Source: Asterias rubens
Lineage: Eukaryota
DNA length: 64,000 bases
Direction: 5' to 3'
NCBI RefSeq assembly: GCF_902459465.1
Contig: NC_047076.1
Location: 5,642,001-5,706,000 of the forward strand
How positions within the stretch are numbered: the stretch's first letter is position 1; each line of letters begins with the position of its first letter. This document shows, in pieces, positions 12,101 to 24,468 of the stretch. Made by a program: the position numbers and the translations under genes. Below the pieces are notes generated by a model. The model did no database searches and was not told the origin of the DNA. It worked only from the letters and a program-made list of their open reading frames with translations.

Positions 12101-14753
12101 GCTACTCTGGAATGACCCTACATCATCGGTCTTTCTCAGGTTATTACAAGGGCTCTCCAATGGAGAGTCCTTATCCACACCAGAAGGAGTTTTCAGATTT
12201 GTGTCTTCCGTCTTCTTCTTGCGGTAGTTGGGAACGTGCGACATGGTGACGTTCTCGTATTCTTTGGTGTCAATGCCGAAGTCTCTCAGCTCTAACGTTG
12301 GAGTTTGCGGGCGGTAGTGTTTGTAGGATGCTGCTTCAATAAGACCGTGTTCCAGCATGGCTGTGGAGAAAACAGATAATCAGGCTGCATCAATCCTTTC
12401 GTTTGGAAGAGTAAATTCAGTTCTATCCTTTAGTTTTCAATAAACACATCATCTATAGAGACAAAAGAAAAACTAGGCCTGGAATTATACGGAGGCAATG
12501 CCCTCTGTTGCCCCTGGACTTGGCTTTGGTGCCCCCTAAAAGTTTCCCATAGCCTTGAAGGTTTACCAATGGAGGTGCCTTAGTAAAAATAAAAAAGGCC
12601 TTGCCCTCTCATTTTACTTTTGCTTAGTTGTCAGCAATCGCTTTTTTATTATTTCTCAATTACTTATTATTATTGTTGATATTGGTATTATTATTATTGT
12701 GCAATTAGTTTTCTCATCATTGTTGTCTTCATCGTGTCTGTCTTTGTTCTAACTGTCTGTCCGTTCGTTCTTGTCCCCGTTTTTCGTCTGTCCCCAGGCA
12801 TCCCAACATAAGCCTCGGCTTCCAGACGATGCCTCCATACTCTATTTATTTGTTTCTCACCCTCATTAAATAGCTTTGTTTATTGGTAATTCCTTAAAAA
12901 CCATTGTTTGTACTGAAGTATGGGAATAAATATAATTTTGAATGAATGAATGAATGAAATTCCACACCTGGAGTAGGGATATTTTAGTTCGCCCATGTGT
13001 TCCTGGTTTAATAGACCGATCCATTAAGCTTCACCCCATTGCGTATTGACCAATCACAACGTAACCAAGGTCCGACACTAAGGTCCGACATGTGTGCGCG
13101 TATGCTTGGCGCGCGTGGCAGAGTTGTGCAGAAAGGCATTGGAGAGCCCCACGTGTTCTTGCTCACACGTGCGTAGTGGGCGGAACCTACTGGATCGGTC
13201 TATTGGCTGCATATTGTGCCACAGCACCATGAGGTTTATCGCGATTCAGAAGCGCAGTGCATTGTGGGATGGAATATGGGGCGGTTTCTATGCAGTTTCT
13301 ACGACTCGCGCACGCAACGCCTATACCTGTGGTTGGGTTCAACAGCGCCCTCTCCTGATATTTTGCTATTCGCGATAAACCTTAATGTAAAGGAACTGGT
13401 CTCATACTTCAAAAACATAACGCCCCTTGCAAGAGATACTGAATGTTGAAGCGCCTTGAGCGTCACTGAGTGATGGACACGAGTGCTGCAAAAAGGAGCC
13501 ACTATTGTTATACTATTTTCTTACCTGGAAACAACGACACAAGAGATAGGAGGGATGTACTTAATGTATGAACTGGCTGAGCAAAGAACAGAACACGCCG
13601 CTCTAATAGAAGCAGCTTGAACAACACAAGAACCTGTGAGAGAGACATAAACTGATAGTTTGACAGAATACAGAACCAGAGCCCAACAGAGTTTATTTGT
13701 CCTCTATAGACGATGTGACCTATGTTTACATTCAAACCGCCCTCTGTTGACAAAACACTGTATACATCATGTTTCGCCGGGCAAAAAGACGCGTAGTCAT
13801 GGTAAGATTGCATACATTTTCTAGCTGGCTGCCAAAACACAAAGGTTTTGCCCGGCGGTATGCGCGCGAATCATGTTATGGTTTTCGAGTGACGTCAGAG
13901 GTCACATTGTCTATTGAAGGCGAGTCATGTGCAATTTACTAGTTTGTAAGTCATGCACCAAGTAGTCCAACTTCAACATTAGTCGCACTAGTCGCCCAAA
14001 GGCCTATTTGTCATGTTCCTGTCTTTAATAACACTGATGAATAACTTCACATGATAACATACCTCAATGATTGTACCAAAAAGGAAACACAACTATTTTG
14101 GACGCTTCCAGTCTCACTGTCATTACTTTTTGTTACAATGGAAAGGAAAACAAGATGGTGGCACCACAGTACACAATAAGTTTGAGACAATGGCCCTTTT
14201 TGTAAACACAGCTTCGGCTTTTGTCAGTCATTTTGGAAATGTATGCTTTGGGTACAGTGCTGCAAACTGAGCCCCAAGTCAGAGCCTGAGCTGTGGTTTT
14301 TTGAAAAAGGCCAATGAAATTTATCATTTAGAACTTGTAGCTTTCCCTTGTATCTGAGCAGAATACCAGTCATAAATTGTGACATGGTAGTTTGGCTGTT
14401 GGCTGGTAACCTTATTCTGGTTAGCATAATTTTGTTGTGCTCAGCAAACTTTTGTGCTTAAGCAGCTCTATGAAATTGGGCCCATGACACCAATCCTCCA
14501 ATAACTGACCCCTTCTTCCTCAAATCTAGCTGGCACTTTGTACAAACCAGGTGAAAATTCCAGTTGAAACCAGTTCAACTGGTCCCAACTGGTCCAGTTG
14601 AACTGGGAGTTGGTAACTGTTTTTTTATTGTGTACCCCAGATGTGGGGCAACAGATCTACGGATCATAGTATGTATTTGCTTTTGTCGTCCCTTTCCCAT
14701 CTTGGGGTATAATGTTGTCAATGTATTTTGTTTTGTACTGTTATGGCGAATAA

Positions 14754-14788
<35 letters not shown>

Positions 14789-17700
14789 TAACTGGTTCCT
14801 GTTGACGCCACAATAATTACCAGTTGGCCACTACTTCCTTCAACTGGTTTCAACTGGTTTATTTTGCAACCAGTTAAGATACCAGTTGGACACCAGTTAA
14901 TTCCAGTTGAAAACAGCTGAAATAAGTTGAATGTTTAACTGGTTTCAACTGAAATTTTCGAAGAACCAGATCTTTGTACATACCTTATGCTTGAACGTCA
15001 GCACCAGATCTCTGAGCGGCAGATCCAGGAAGACTTGAGAATCATCCAAATGACCAGTGGTCAACGACCCGTTCAAACTCTTGTACAATTCCTGTAAAAA
15101 AATGCCAGATAAAATATTCCAGTCATACAGGATTTCTTATTATGTACCATACTGCTGAAAGGTAACGGCACAGTTTAAAAGACAAGAAAGACATGGACAG
15201 ACTTGAGAAACTGTTGGAAAAGATAGATCTTAAAATAATCTTTAAAGCCATTGACCACTTTCGGAACAGATTTTTTTTTTAAGTTCACAGATTTACAAAT
15301 AACTTATAGGGTTTACAGAAGGTAATGGTGAAAGACTTCTCTTGAAATATTATTCCATGAAATGCTTTACTTTTTGAGAAAACATTAACAATATCAATTC
15401 TCGATATCGAGAATTACAGATTTATTTTAAACACATGTCATGACACGGCGAAACAGGCGGAAACAAGGGTGGGTTTTCCCCTAAATTTTCATAGGCTTGT
15501 TATTTTATATATAAGTTGTGATACACGAAGAGTGGTCCTTGGACAATACTGTTTACCGTAAGTGTCCAATGGCTTTAATAAAGTACTGCTTAAAAACTTA
15601 TAATTATAATGCCCAAGAAAAAGGGCCTTGAATTCCATGGAGGCCACTTTCAGTTGACCCTGGTTTGGGCCATTGTGCCCCTTTAAGGGTTTCCAATAAA
15701 CTATAAGTTTTTCAAATGGAAATGCCCTTTGCATGCCTCAACCGACTCAGGCCATGTACTGGTCGCTGCAATGTAACGCTCAAGAAATGGGTTTATTTGA
15801 ACAATCAGGATGAGACCTGCATCATGTGGTTCAGAACCACAGGCAATGGATCTCCCACATACAATCAGATGTCCCCTACGGGAGCAGAAATGCAAGGGCC
15901 ACGTTCCCACAAGGACTTTCGCTGAACATAAACAGACTAACATTGCCCGGTATCAGTCTAGTCGACTATGGTTGAACTATGGGTGCGTTTGTTTAGCTTC
16001 CCTGGGTCTACCCCGCAGTGCTCAACCGGGCGAGCCCCTGACATGAGCTAATCGAACAATGGCACTCGCCTCTCGTGGTGCAGCATGCACCTCAGGTCAC
16101 CCCAATGTGACCCACTCCACAAGCAGGGCACTGGGGGCTTACCCGGGTGAGCCCCGTCAAAGCTATTAGAACGTTCCTGGGCAGACTGCGGTCGACCCAG
16201 GGAAGCTAAACAAATGCACCCACAGCTAGACGACTATTTGGAACCAACCATCGCTTGTTACCAACAGCCGTTTTCATAGCAGAGTGGACCAGTTTAACAA
16301 AATTATCGCCCTGAGATTTCAACATCTGTACGCATGACCTACGTACATGTGCGTCACTGAACAACCACTCCTTAACCATTGATCCTTGTGCGAACTTGAC
16401 CACAGCTGAAGACCTGAAAGTGCCAAAGACTGTGCTCAGTTCTGGCTGAAACACAACATCTAGTGTATGCTGATGGACACGATAAGAAGAAAATGAAATT
16501 CCAGACCTGTGGACTTACCATTAAAATTGACGTCTTTGAGAAGTCTCGCTCACTGAAGTATGCATGGGTAATGAGCTTCAACTTGGCTTGAATTAAACCG
16601 TACAGTGGCTAGTTAAATGAGAACAACATTTTAAAGGAGGATTAAAATTGTACAGTCTTTTACCATGTTTACTGGCAGCTAATGTATACATGTATTTACA
16701 GTGTTTTGTTTTATTTTATTTGGTATTGTTTACATCAATTTTTTTTTTCCCTTGTCTTTTTATCGTTTATTCTGTTTATAATTTATTTTAAATATATTTT
16801 CACAGTCGTTCATGGTGGTCTGTTTCTGTTCCCTATTTTATTTTACTTAATCTTCAATGTATGCTTTAATTTTCTTTCCTAAGATGATACTATTTTAATT
16901 GTTAACTTTGTACATATCAGATTGTTTTTATATAGGCTATATGAATATTTCTTATTGTTTTTTTTTGTATCCTTTCCTGTAATTGGCGGCTCGTCCGCTG
17001 TTGGTTTGGTCAATAAATATAATATAACTGAAGACAAATAGACCAAGTTTAATGTAAAATAAGGTTAGAGTTTGTGCATTTAATCTAACTATCATGAAAA
17101 TGGTACATGACCCAATTGCAAACTGGTTTTGAGTTTTTGTAGATTTATTCAGAATTTAAAATAACATTTAAGTTATTGAAAATGGAAAATACTCCGTCAA
17201 TATAAGCTTAATTTTTAATCTATAAAAAAATAAACCATAGTTTGTATGTTCGTTATCTACAGTAATATCCCCAAACTGTTGCATAAAAACTTCAGTAAAA
17301 CGTAGTCAAAAATGTACACTATTTTGACACAATGATGAGAATATTGCTTTGATGTTCTTACCAGTTTGCTGAGCACACACACACTCTTCTGAACAGTGCC
17401 TCGAGTGAACTCCTTGTCTTTACTTATCAAGTCCTGTACAAATCAAAATCGAAGATAATACAATAAATGTTGAACTTTTATCTGTCAAAAGATGGGCCCA
17501 CTAACTGTCTGTCCCACATCTTTGCCCGGATTGAGGGCTCTTCCAAACAAGTTTCTGGGGAACAGAATGCAGTTTTCTAAGATTCTCTCGAACTTTTCCG
17601 CACAGCTCCCTCTTGCAGTCATAAAAACAGCGCTTCACTGTCTGCATTTAAACAAAACCTGCGGCCAATTTCACAAAGGACTGAAATTCATCTTAAAAGT

Positions 17701-20700
17701 GATTTGTATTTTGACATCACACTATGCTTTAGCAGTTAAGATTGATACACATTTAAGATCGATCTTAGCAGTTTGTGCAATTGGCCCCGGAGCCAGATTT
17801 GTAAAAGCTGTTTCTAAGAGTTGGGTCATATATTGGTTTTTGTTAACATAAGGTTGATGATTTATAGCCAAAAATTCTCATGTGAAAGTTTTAGATGAGT
17901 AAAGTGTTTGTCTACTTAATCAGAAAACAGCAACAAAATATCGTGTTTTTTTTCACAAGAATGTCAAATCCATCCATGTTTGGCAAGGTTACCGCAGCAT
18001 ACTCAAACGGACACCAACCATATGGAATCCGAGTCACAATTCAAGCCTGAATCGTTCCTCAGATTCAAATCCAACTTTGAAGTAAAATAAGCTATCCAAA
18101 CATAATACTTCGAAATCGAATCCTTTCTAAAAACAACAGCAAGTGCTTCTCACCAAGTAAGTTTTGATGGCCATTATGTTTCGGAGTACTTACCAATCTA
18201 AGACCCTACATGTACATGTACCTTTTAAAAGCAAAAAAATAGACTTTGTGCTAAGAGAAATTTAACAGGGAATCAGGCACAAACATGGCTGGAAACCTTT
18301 GTCTACTATTTAAAAGGGAAGGTACATGTTTGGTAATTACTCGAAACAAATATTAACTTAAAAATTGACTTGGTAACGAGCATTGGAGAGCTGTTGATAG
18401 TGTAACACATTGTGGGAAACGACTCCCTCTGAAGTAACATAGTTTTTGAGAAAGAGGTAATTTCTCAGTTAAATATCAAAAGACTTCTAGCTAGAAGTCT
18501 TTTATTCGTATCTGAGAGCACACAAATTCGTCCAACAAGGGTGTTTTTTCTTTCAGCATTTTCTCGCAACTTCGATGACCAATTGAGCCAATTTTTCACA
18601 GGCTTGTTATTTTATGCTTATGATGGGATACACCAAGTGAGAACACAGGTCTTTGACAATTCCCAAACGTGTACCTTCCCTTTAAGCAAAATGATTACAT
18701 ATTTAGGCAGTGTACAATGTTAATTGAGGAAGGATCCTATGAAATAATCTTAGCAAAGGAGTTAAGGCCAATAGTAACCAAAACTAAAAATTCAGACAGT
18801 TTTGTGTCATTTTTTAGCAGGAAATATTGACATGAGTTTACAGACACTATTTAAGTTGCACTGTTGCACTGTGATGGTACAGGCGGCAGTTTTCCTTTGG
18901 CAATTGGCACTTCTATTAGGAAAATGTAAATTTGTATTGGAACTTTGCAAAGGGCACCACTGCGAAAGCACAGGGCATCACAGCAATTAATATTGCTGTT
19001 GGTTAATTCAAGGTCTGCATGTGCATGTATGTAGGGTCCACAATGTTTTGTAAACCTAGGCCGGCAAATGGCGACTTCATTAATTTTTGTAGAGGAGAGA
19101 AAACCAGATGAGAAAATGTTGAAAATAAAAAAAAAATAAAAACTTTCATTATTTTTTTCTTTTCATAAATGACATACTTTCAATTCATGTGGTTCTAAAA
19201 AATATCCACAGCAGGAAGTTGGGTAATTAAATACGACTTCCTTCTCCGACAATTTTGGGATATGCATTACACGGAAATGTTGGCTCTTTTATCGCGTAAG
19301 AACTTTATTGTTTTTTTTACCAACAAAAAATAAAGATATGACACAGATGGATTCTTTTTCCCTGTCCCAGGATAGAGTCTGGCCAGTTCACTCACTCAGA
19401 CATGTCAGGGGTGCTTTTACATCAGGGTCCAATTTCATAGAGCTGCTTTAAAAGCAGAAAATCATGCTAGAATTCTCTGCCAAGCAAAAAATAAGCCGGA
19501 TACAGTCACAAATTGAATATGAGGCATGGTATTTTGGCTGGTAACCTTTTTGTGATAAGCACAATTTTGTTGTGCTATTAGCTACTTTTTGCACTTAAGC
19601 AGATGAAATTGGGCCCAGCTAAAGTTTTTCGTCGGGATTAATTTTCAAATGATTTTTGGGGTTGATCTTTGACTAGTGTGGGATTCGAACCAACGACCTC
19701 CCGATTAACATGCCGTCGCTCTACCAACTGAGCTATCTAGCCCTATATTGGCGGTGTCCCTATTTTGTCAATATCTTTGTTCGGGGAAAATATGCATGTG
19801 AGATTACTTTCAGTCAAGTAGCATTTTTTAGTCTTCAAGCCGTTAATAATTTGTGTTGTCAATGAAACTCAGTTTAAAACACCCGATAAAGATAATTTCT
19901 CCTTGCAGATTTTAATGGCTCATATATCTTTTCATGGACTTGATTCTGAAGGACAATCAGACCATTTGAAAGCTGTTATGTATAGCCGATGTTATTGAAC
20001 GACCCACGCCCAGTTGAACAGATGGCATCCATCCAGGAGACAGATGAAAGGCTTCATGACAATGCAGTATAACCTAACATACTCTTTTCTAAAGAAACTA
20101 GACAATGTATATTTGGTTTGTGGTAACACCATGTGTGTATCTACTTGCCAGGTAGAGTTTGTTCTTAGAGAACTGTATTGCTTTATTCTACTGCCGTGGA
20201 GTAGATAGTCGGAGGTTCGGGAGACTTCTCAGTTCTGAAAAGAACTGTCCTGCTTTTTAACTATTACCAGGGTGGATGGTATAGAAACTAGACAAAGTAT
20301 GCACAGTGTATTCACGACGATTCCCAGAAAAATAATACCTTTGTGTCAATTTGTCTGTAGCAGGAAATGCCATATACAGTGTTCCGGCTCTCTCCTTTCC
20401 CTGGTAAATGGAAGTATATCGTGTCTGCCGAAAGAAAAGAAAAAATGGTTAGAGGGAATACAAAAATGTCTGACAAAGATACCAACAAACAGCTCTCATT
20501 ATTGATGAATTGATATGAGAGCTAATTTTGAATCATAATAAGGCCATTTACATGCCTCACCTTGTAAGGGTTTAACAAGGTGAGGCTGCCCAAAATGTTT
20601 ACACAGGGGCAACTGCTGTACTGTTATTCCATCACAATCGAGAATGGTTGTGATGTGAGAAAACAAACAGTAATAACAACAGATGCAAAATACAAAACTG

Positions 20701-23700
20701 ACAAACAAACAATGGCTGCAAGCTAACACGCTATGCCACGTTTTGAGCCATGCTCCATTTAGAGCACCAAACGCTTGGCCATAACCGACACAAGTGTCAT
20801 GACTGGGAGGGACTGAACCCATGCAAAACTCTGACAATGCCTTTATCAAAGCTTCTAAAATATCTCTGGTGCCTTAGACTGCTTGGCCAAGATGCTCTAA
20901 TGTTAAAGAAGAAACACAACAAATTTATGTGCCAGGTCTTCCGCACCTCCTGTGGCCAAATTTCATAAAGCTGTTAAGCAGAAGAAAAAAAATGTTTGTC
21001 AAATTTCTTTGCTTAGCAAGAAATTACTGGGGTACCAGATGCAGCAATGGTAACCAACTGTATGGTATTCTGGCTGGTAAGCTTGTTTTGCTAAGCAAAA
21101 TTATTTTGTGCTTAGCAAGTTTTTGTGCTTATAGGCTTTATGAAATTAGGCCCAGGTCTGTCTTCCTTACCTTCAAGGTAATTGTGTGCACCGTCTGGAA
21201 CGGCATGACATGGTAGATGCTTCCATTCGGGCGGTACCTCAGGGCTGTCGCTACTGCAGCCCTCTACCAATGGTGGATACGAGAAATCAACCTGTTTGAA
21301 AATCAAAATAAATACACAAGTTGAACAACATTTGTATTTGCTATATATAGAAGATGTGGTCAATTTACTGAGATGAAAAATTAAAATCATATTGTGCTAC
21401 CACTGGTCAACTAAGTGCTAGGGAGCTCAGTTGGAAGAGTGCGCGCACCTACATCCGTCATTGGTTTGAATCCTGCTCTACACCCATGTTTTTTTTGCTG
21501 ATATTTTCCCCCAGTTGTGTCAATTACTATAGCGCATTTGTGGAGAGCACATTAACTCAGAAAAGTGCGCCCTCGTTTTGGTGAATTGTTTATGTTTCTT
21601 GGTGTACAAGCGAGACAAGTAGACTTTGGGTCAATGCGGTATTCTTTGCTCACAGCCCCATCACAGCAGAACGTGTATCAAAAACAAGCAGCACGGTAAA
21701 ACTGCACGCTGTAGTGACACAAAAAGACTAGCGAATCAAATCGACACTCGTGATTCGGATGTCTAACTGTCCGGCAGACGCCTCAACAGACTGACAACTT
21801 GATGGGTCAGATAACTTGACTGGTCAGACAACCCAACAGCTTGACAAGCCGTCAGTGACGCATATCAGCGAGACAACTCGACTGACTTAATTCAAGTCGA
21901 TGGGTGAATGACGGCCGTACGGTACACGTATTCTTTAACCGCAAGCTAACGTCCGTCGATATATCAAAATTCTCAACAAATCAATATTTTTTTGACATCA
22001 AAATCGCCGATGCGAAAACAGGCATGCAATTCTTCATTCAGCTGAAGAAAAAAATACGGAAAGTAATGTCATTGCGTAAACTGAAGATTGCCGTCGAGTA
22101 TTTTGTCCCTTCTTCATCTGGTTCCGACCCTGCACCCCCTTATACAACAAGCAATAAAACACAACGGAGCCAGACTGTGTAGAAGGTATGCTGTACGAGG
22201 AGAAATTGTGTAAAAACACATAGAGCCCAAACTCGTTCCCAGGGGTGATCGATCTCGTCGCGCCATTTTTTCCCAGCATACCTTGCTCGATCATAACCCC
22301 TGGAAGTGACTTCAAAATATCCAAATATAAGGGATATTATATCTAGTCCTTTGGTTGATCTGTTCTGTGTTGGGCGTTAGTCGCGCACATGCTGGATGCG
22401 CTGTGTGTAATAAAAGTTATAAACTTGCCTTGGCGTTCAGTGTTGCGTGATGAATACGTACATCTTTATACGCACGTGTTTCGGCGTATAGAGCTTTTTG
22501 AAGACGCACAGCGTTTCATATTGAGCGTATATGACAACCAATCAAAGACACGGATCGGAGTTTCCCTCCCATGGGTTAGAGACGTACACAGAGCTAGCGT
22601 GATACGGAGCGCTGCCCATGGTAGCGAGGTTGCATAGAGCCAGACTGTAGAAGGTAGGGTGTACGAGCGAGGAGAGTTATATAGCTTGTGTTCTAGCCGC
22701 ATATTGGTACCTTTGTGTGTAAATAAACTATACCGGAAACCAGAGCATGCCTCCCCGTGTCAATCATGCGGGGAGCGGACGTTCTATACTCTACTCTTCG
22801 CCTAGCGAGCGGAAGCGGCAACAAAATCATGTCTTTACGTTGGTGGTAGGAAAAAAAGGGGAAAAAAGCGGAGCATGGGAAGGGCAATTTTAAAAGGATC
22901 AAGACGAAAATCGGTAAATATAAACCATTTAAAACGGTCGGTCTTCGGTTTTTTAAAGAACTGTTTTTAGTTGGCTTCATCCTGAATCCTGACGGGGAAA
23001 AACTTGATTATTTGAGTATACTCGATATTGAATTTTTCGATATATTGGTTATTTAAAAAAACTGACATCGACGGACGTTACCGCAAGCGAGTCAATGTCA
23101 TGCCAAGTGATGTCAGTATGCTACTGTCCTGACATCACTCGCTCGTTCAAGCTGATTAAAAATTGACTCGCTTGCTGTTGGAGACCTAGTGTACCGCACA
23201 GTCATCGAATTTGTTTATATCGTAGGAGGTCCTGTTTTCGAGGTGTCCCTAAAATCGTGGCAAATCTTTTACGTCTCTGTGCGCGATGTAAACAGTCCCA
23301 GGATAAAAATTGTGTGGTTTTATTTGCCAAGCAAAGAGTCTCCTCTCCCTTGACCAAAACTTAGAAACACGTAAGGCTCCACTGGATATTTGCACTTGTA
23401 AATGCAAAACGTTTGGTATTTTAGGCATTTCTACAAGGTACAAAAATATGTCATAATGTTGAGGCCATATAAAAATATTTGCCCAAACAAAAAATTTCAT
23501 CAAACACTATTTCAATTCACAAATCATGATGATCAAATCATGTGACTGAATATTTTGCTGAGCATTCTGGGAAAAAAATACAGAGGATTAAAGAAGCCAT
23601 GTGCCTTATCATTTTCTAATATTTTTGGAGATTTTTTTTTTAACCCTCCGATCAATATTATTATTTTTATTAAAATTTAAACGATCAGCTTGTTGGTTCA

Positions 23701-24468
23701 ATTATCACTGTTTATTTATACGCTTTATTATAAATTTTAAGAGAAAAAAAGGGGAAAAAATTTAATAAAAATCAGATTTGAAAGCCAATGATTATTTACA
23801 CTTTTTATTAAATTATTTATTTTTGTTATTTTTTGCAAATTACCATGGTAAATTTAAAATTTCATTAAAAAATATTTTGAATAAAACGAAGACAACTGCT
23901 GGCTATAGAGTCATACACAGAGTCTCAAAGAACACTTGTAGTCACTGTAGATGTTTCTTCCATGTATGGCTTCACCAGGAAACTATGCTTTCTTGTTTGC
24001 CGTGAAAACAGGAAAAACTCAAAACAAATGGGGCCAGTTGAAGTCATCGAAGATCGGTGTGTAGTGTGAACATTTCAATGTCCATCAAGTTTTAATATAT
24101 GTTTGCATACTTCATATTAACAAAAGAAGATAATTAAATTAGGGCATCGGTTGATATAAGCATGATAAGGCATCATTATTTTTTTCCCAATTCAAAGAAA
24201 AAGGCATTATAGTGTGAAAACTGGTAAGGGGAGGATACAGGTGTAATGTTTGGTTTGTGCAAGTAAAAAATGACATGTAAAAGATCTATCCACTTAAAAC
24301 ACCTTAAAACACCTAGTAAATAGTAGACTAGGGCCCTACGAAATTATGAATGATCGAACGAAATGATGGAAATTACTTCCTTACCTGACAACCTTTTTTG
24401 TGATGAAATCCAATCACAACAATGTGTAAAATCGGGCCGTCCACAATCGAGCCAAGTTCTGCATCCAT
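6191..24468 (-). CDS. AVL9: Late secretory pathway protein AVL9 homolog (DENN-related), 14 exons, 765 aa
   Basis: Exons: 24385-24468, 21171-21291, 20339-20424, 17362-17433, 16519-16608, 14984-15091, 13525-13633, 11459-12360, 10296-10430, 9985-10123, 9605-9685, 8786-8903, 8122-8175, 6191-6389. All junctions are GT-AG and phase-consistent (2298 nt). Hallmark peptides: ILHIVVIGFHHKKGCQ, PDGAHNY, YGISCYRQ, TVQKSVCVLS, PYMALQQH, TADLRFAD, WEGGDEWIRAQF, WKTTHNYRIW, HPFQGQ, GKAVGGALSSAK. Confidence 0.97.
6868..7590. repeat. Multi-hairpin palindromic element in AVL9 intron 13
   Basis: Three successive inverted repeats: 6868-7004, 7089-7244 and 7416-7492 (perfect 38-bp arms). Confidence 0.8.
9095..9452 (+). 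mobile_element. TTAA-flanked T2/Kolobok-like MITE, right end truncated
   Basis: Starts TTAAAGGCAGTGGACACTATTGGTAATT and carries the internal palindrome TTGATTTCGAGACCTCAG...GAGGT..AAATCAA. Confidence 0.85.
10716..11434. mobile_element. Two T2/Kolobok-like MITEs joined tail-to-tail through one shared TTAA
   Basis: A forward copy ends ...GTGTCCAGTGCCT, followed by TTAA, then AGGCAGTGGACACTATTGG begins the reversed copy (junction CCTTTAAAGG at 11045-11054), which ends GTGTCCACTGCATTTAA. Confidence 0.85.
13010..13204. mobile_element. MITE with 14-bp perfect TIR
   Basis: AATAGACCGATCCA...TGGATCGGTCTATT. Confidence 0.75.
14553..14959. mobile_element. MITE with CCAGTT-rich subterminal repeats and an internal (TAA)n
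   Basis: GAAAATTCCAGTTGAAACCAGTT / AACTGGTTTCAACTGAAATTTTC inverted ends; (TAA)n at about 14751-14783. Confidence 0.7.
15981..16221. mobile_element. MITE with about 27-bp TIR (PIF/Harbinger-like GGG ends)
   Basis: GGGTGCGTTTGTTTAGCTTCCCTGGG / CCCAGGGAAGCTAAACAAATGCACCC; target duplication not intact. Confidence 0.7.
18310..18685 (+). mobile_element. T2/Kolobok-like MITE, AGGGAAGGTACA subfamily (another copy at 56886-57263)
   Basis: TTAA flanks, TIR AGGGAAGGTACA(C/T)GTTTGG, and an internal body shared with the AGGCAGTGGACAC family. Confidence 0.85.
20111..20282 (-). mobile_element. 5'-truncated copy of a small Penelope-like non-autonomous retroelement
   Basis: Matches 62090-62190 plus 62568-62630. 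Flanked by the 18-bp near-identical direct repeat AGAAACTAGACAA(T/A)GTAT (20093-20110 and 20283-20300). Confidence 0.65.
21947..23080. mobile_element. Non-autonomous hAT-type element, 1134 bp, in AVL9 intron 1
   Basis: Perfect 14-bp TIR TAACGTCCGTCGAT and perfect 8-bp target duplication CCGCAAGC (21939-21946, 23081-23088). No transposase ORF. Confidence 0.88.

Noticed and set aside
14575-14853. 92-aa ORF with poly-Tyr
   Set aside because: It is a (TAA)n microsatellite inside a MITE.
16206-16454. 82-aa minus-strand ORF next to AVL9 exon 5
   Set aside because: No recognisable homology and no convincing donor; AVL9 is complete without it.
17492-17851. 119-aa ORF and a coding-looking opposite strand in AVL9 intron 3
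   Set aside because: No recognisable domain in either orientation, and the opposite frame has stops. A decayed transposon cannot be excluded.
19670-19742. Possible tRNA-Asn(GTT) gene
   Set aside because: The anticodon stem has three mismatches and the acceptor and T stems are imperfect. The copy near 59592 has a deleted T arm. Treated as repeat-derived.
19900-20090. Plus-strand acceptor followed by an exon-like stretch
   Set aside because: Stops in all useful frames, no partner exons and no identifiable peptide.
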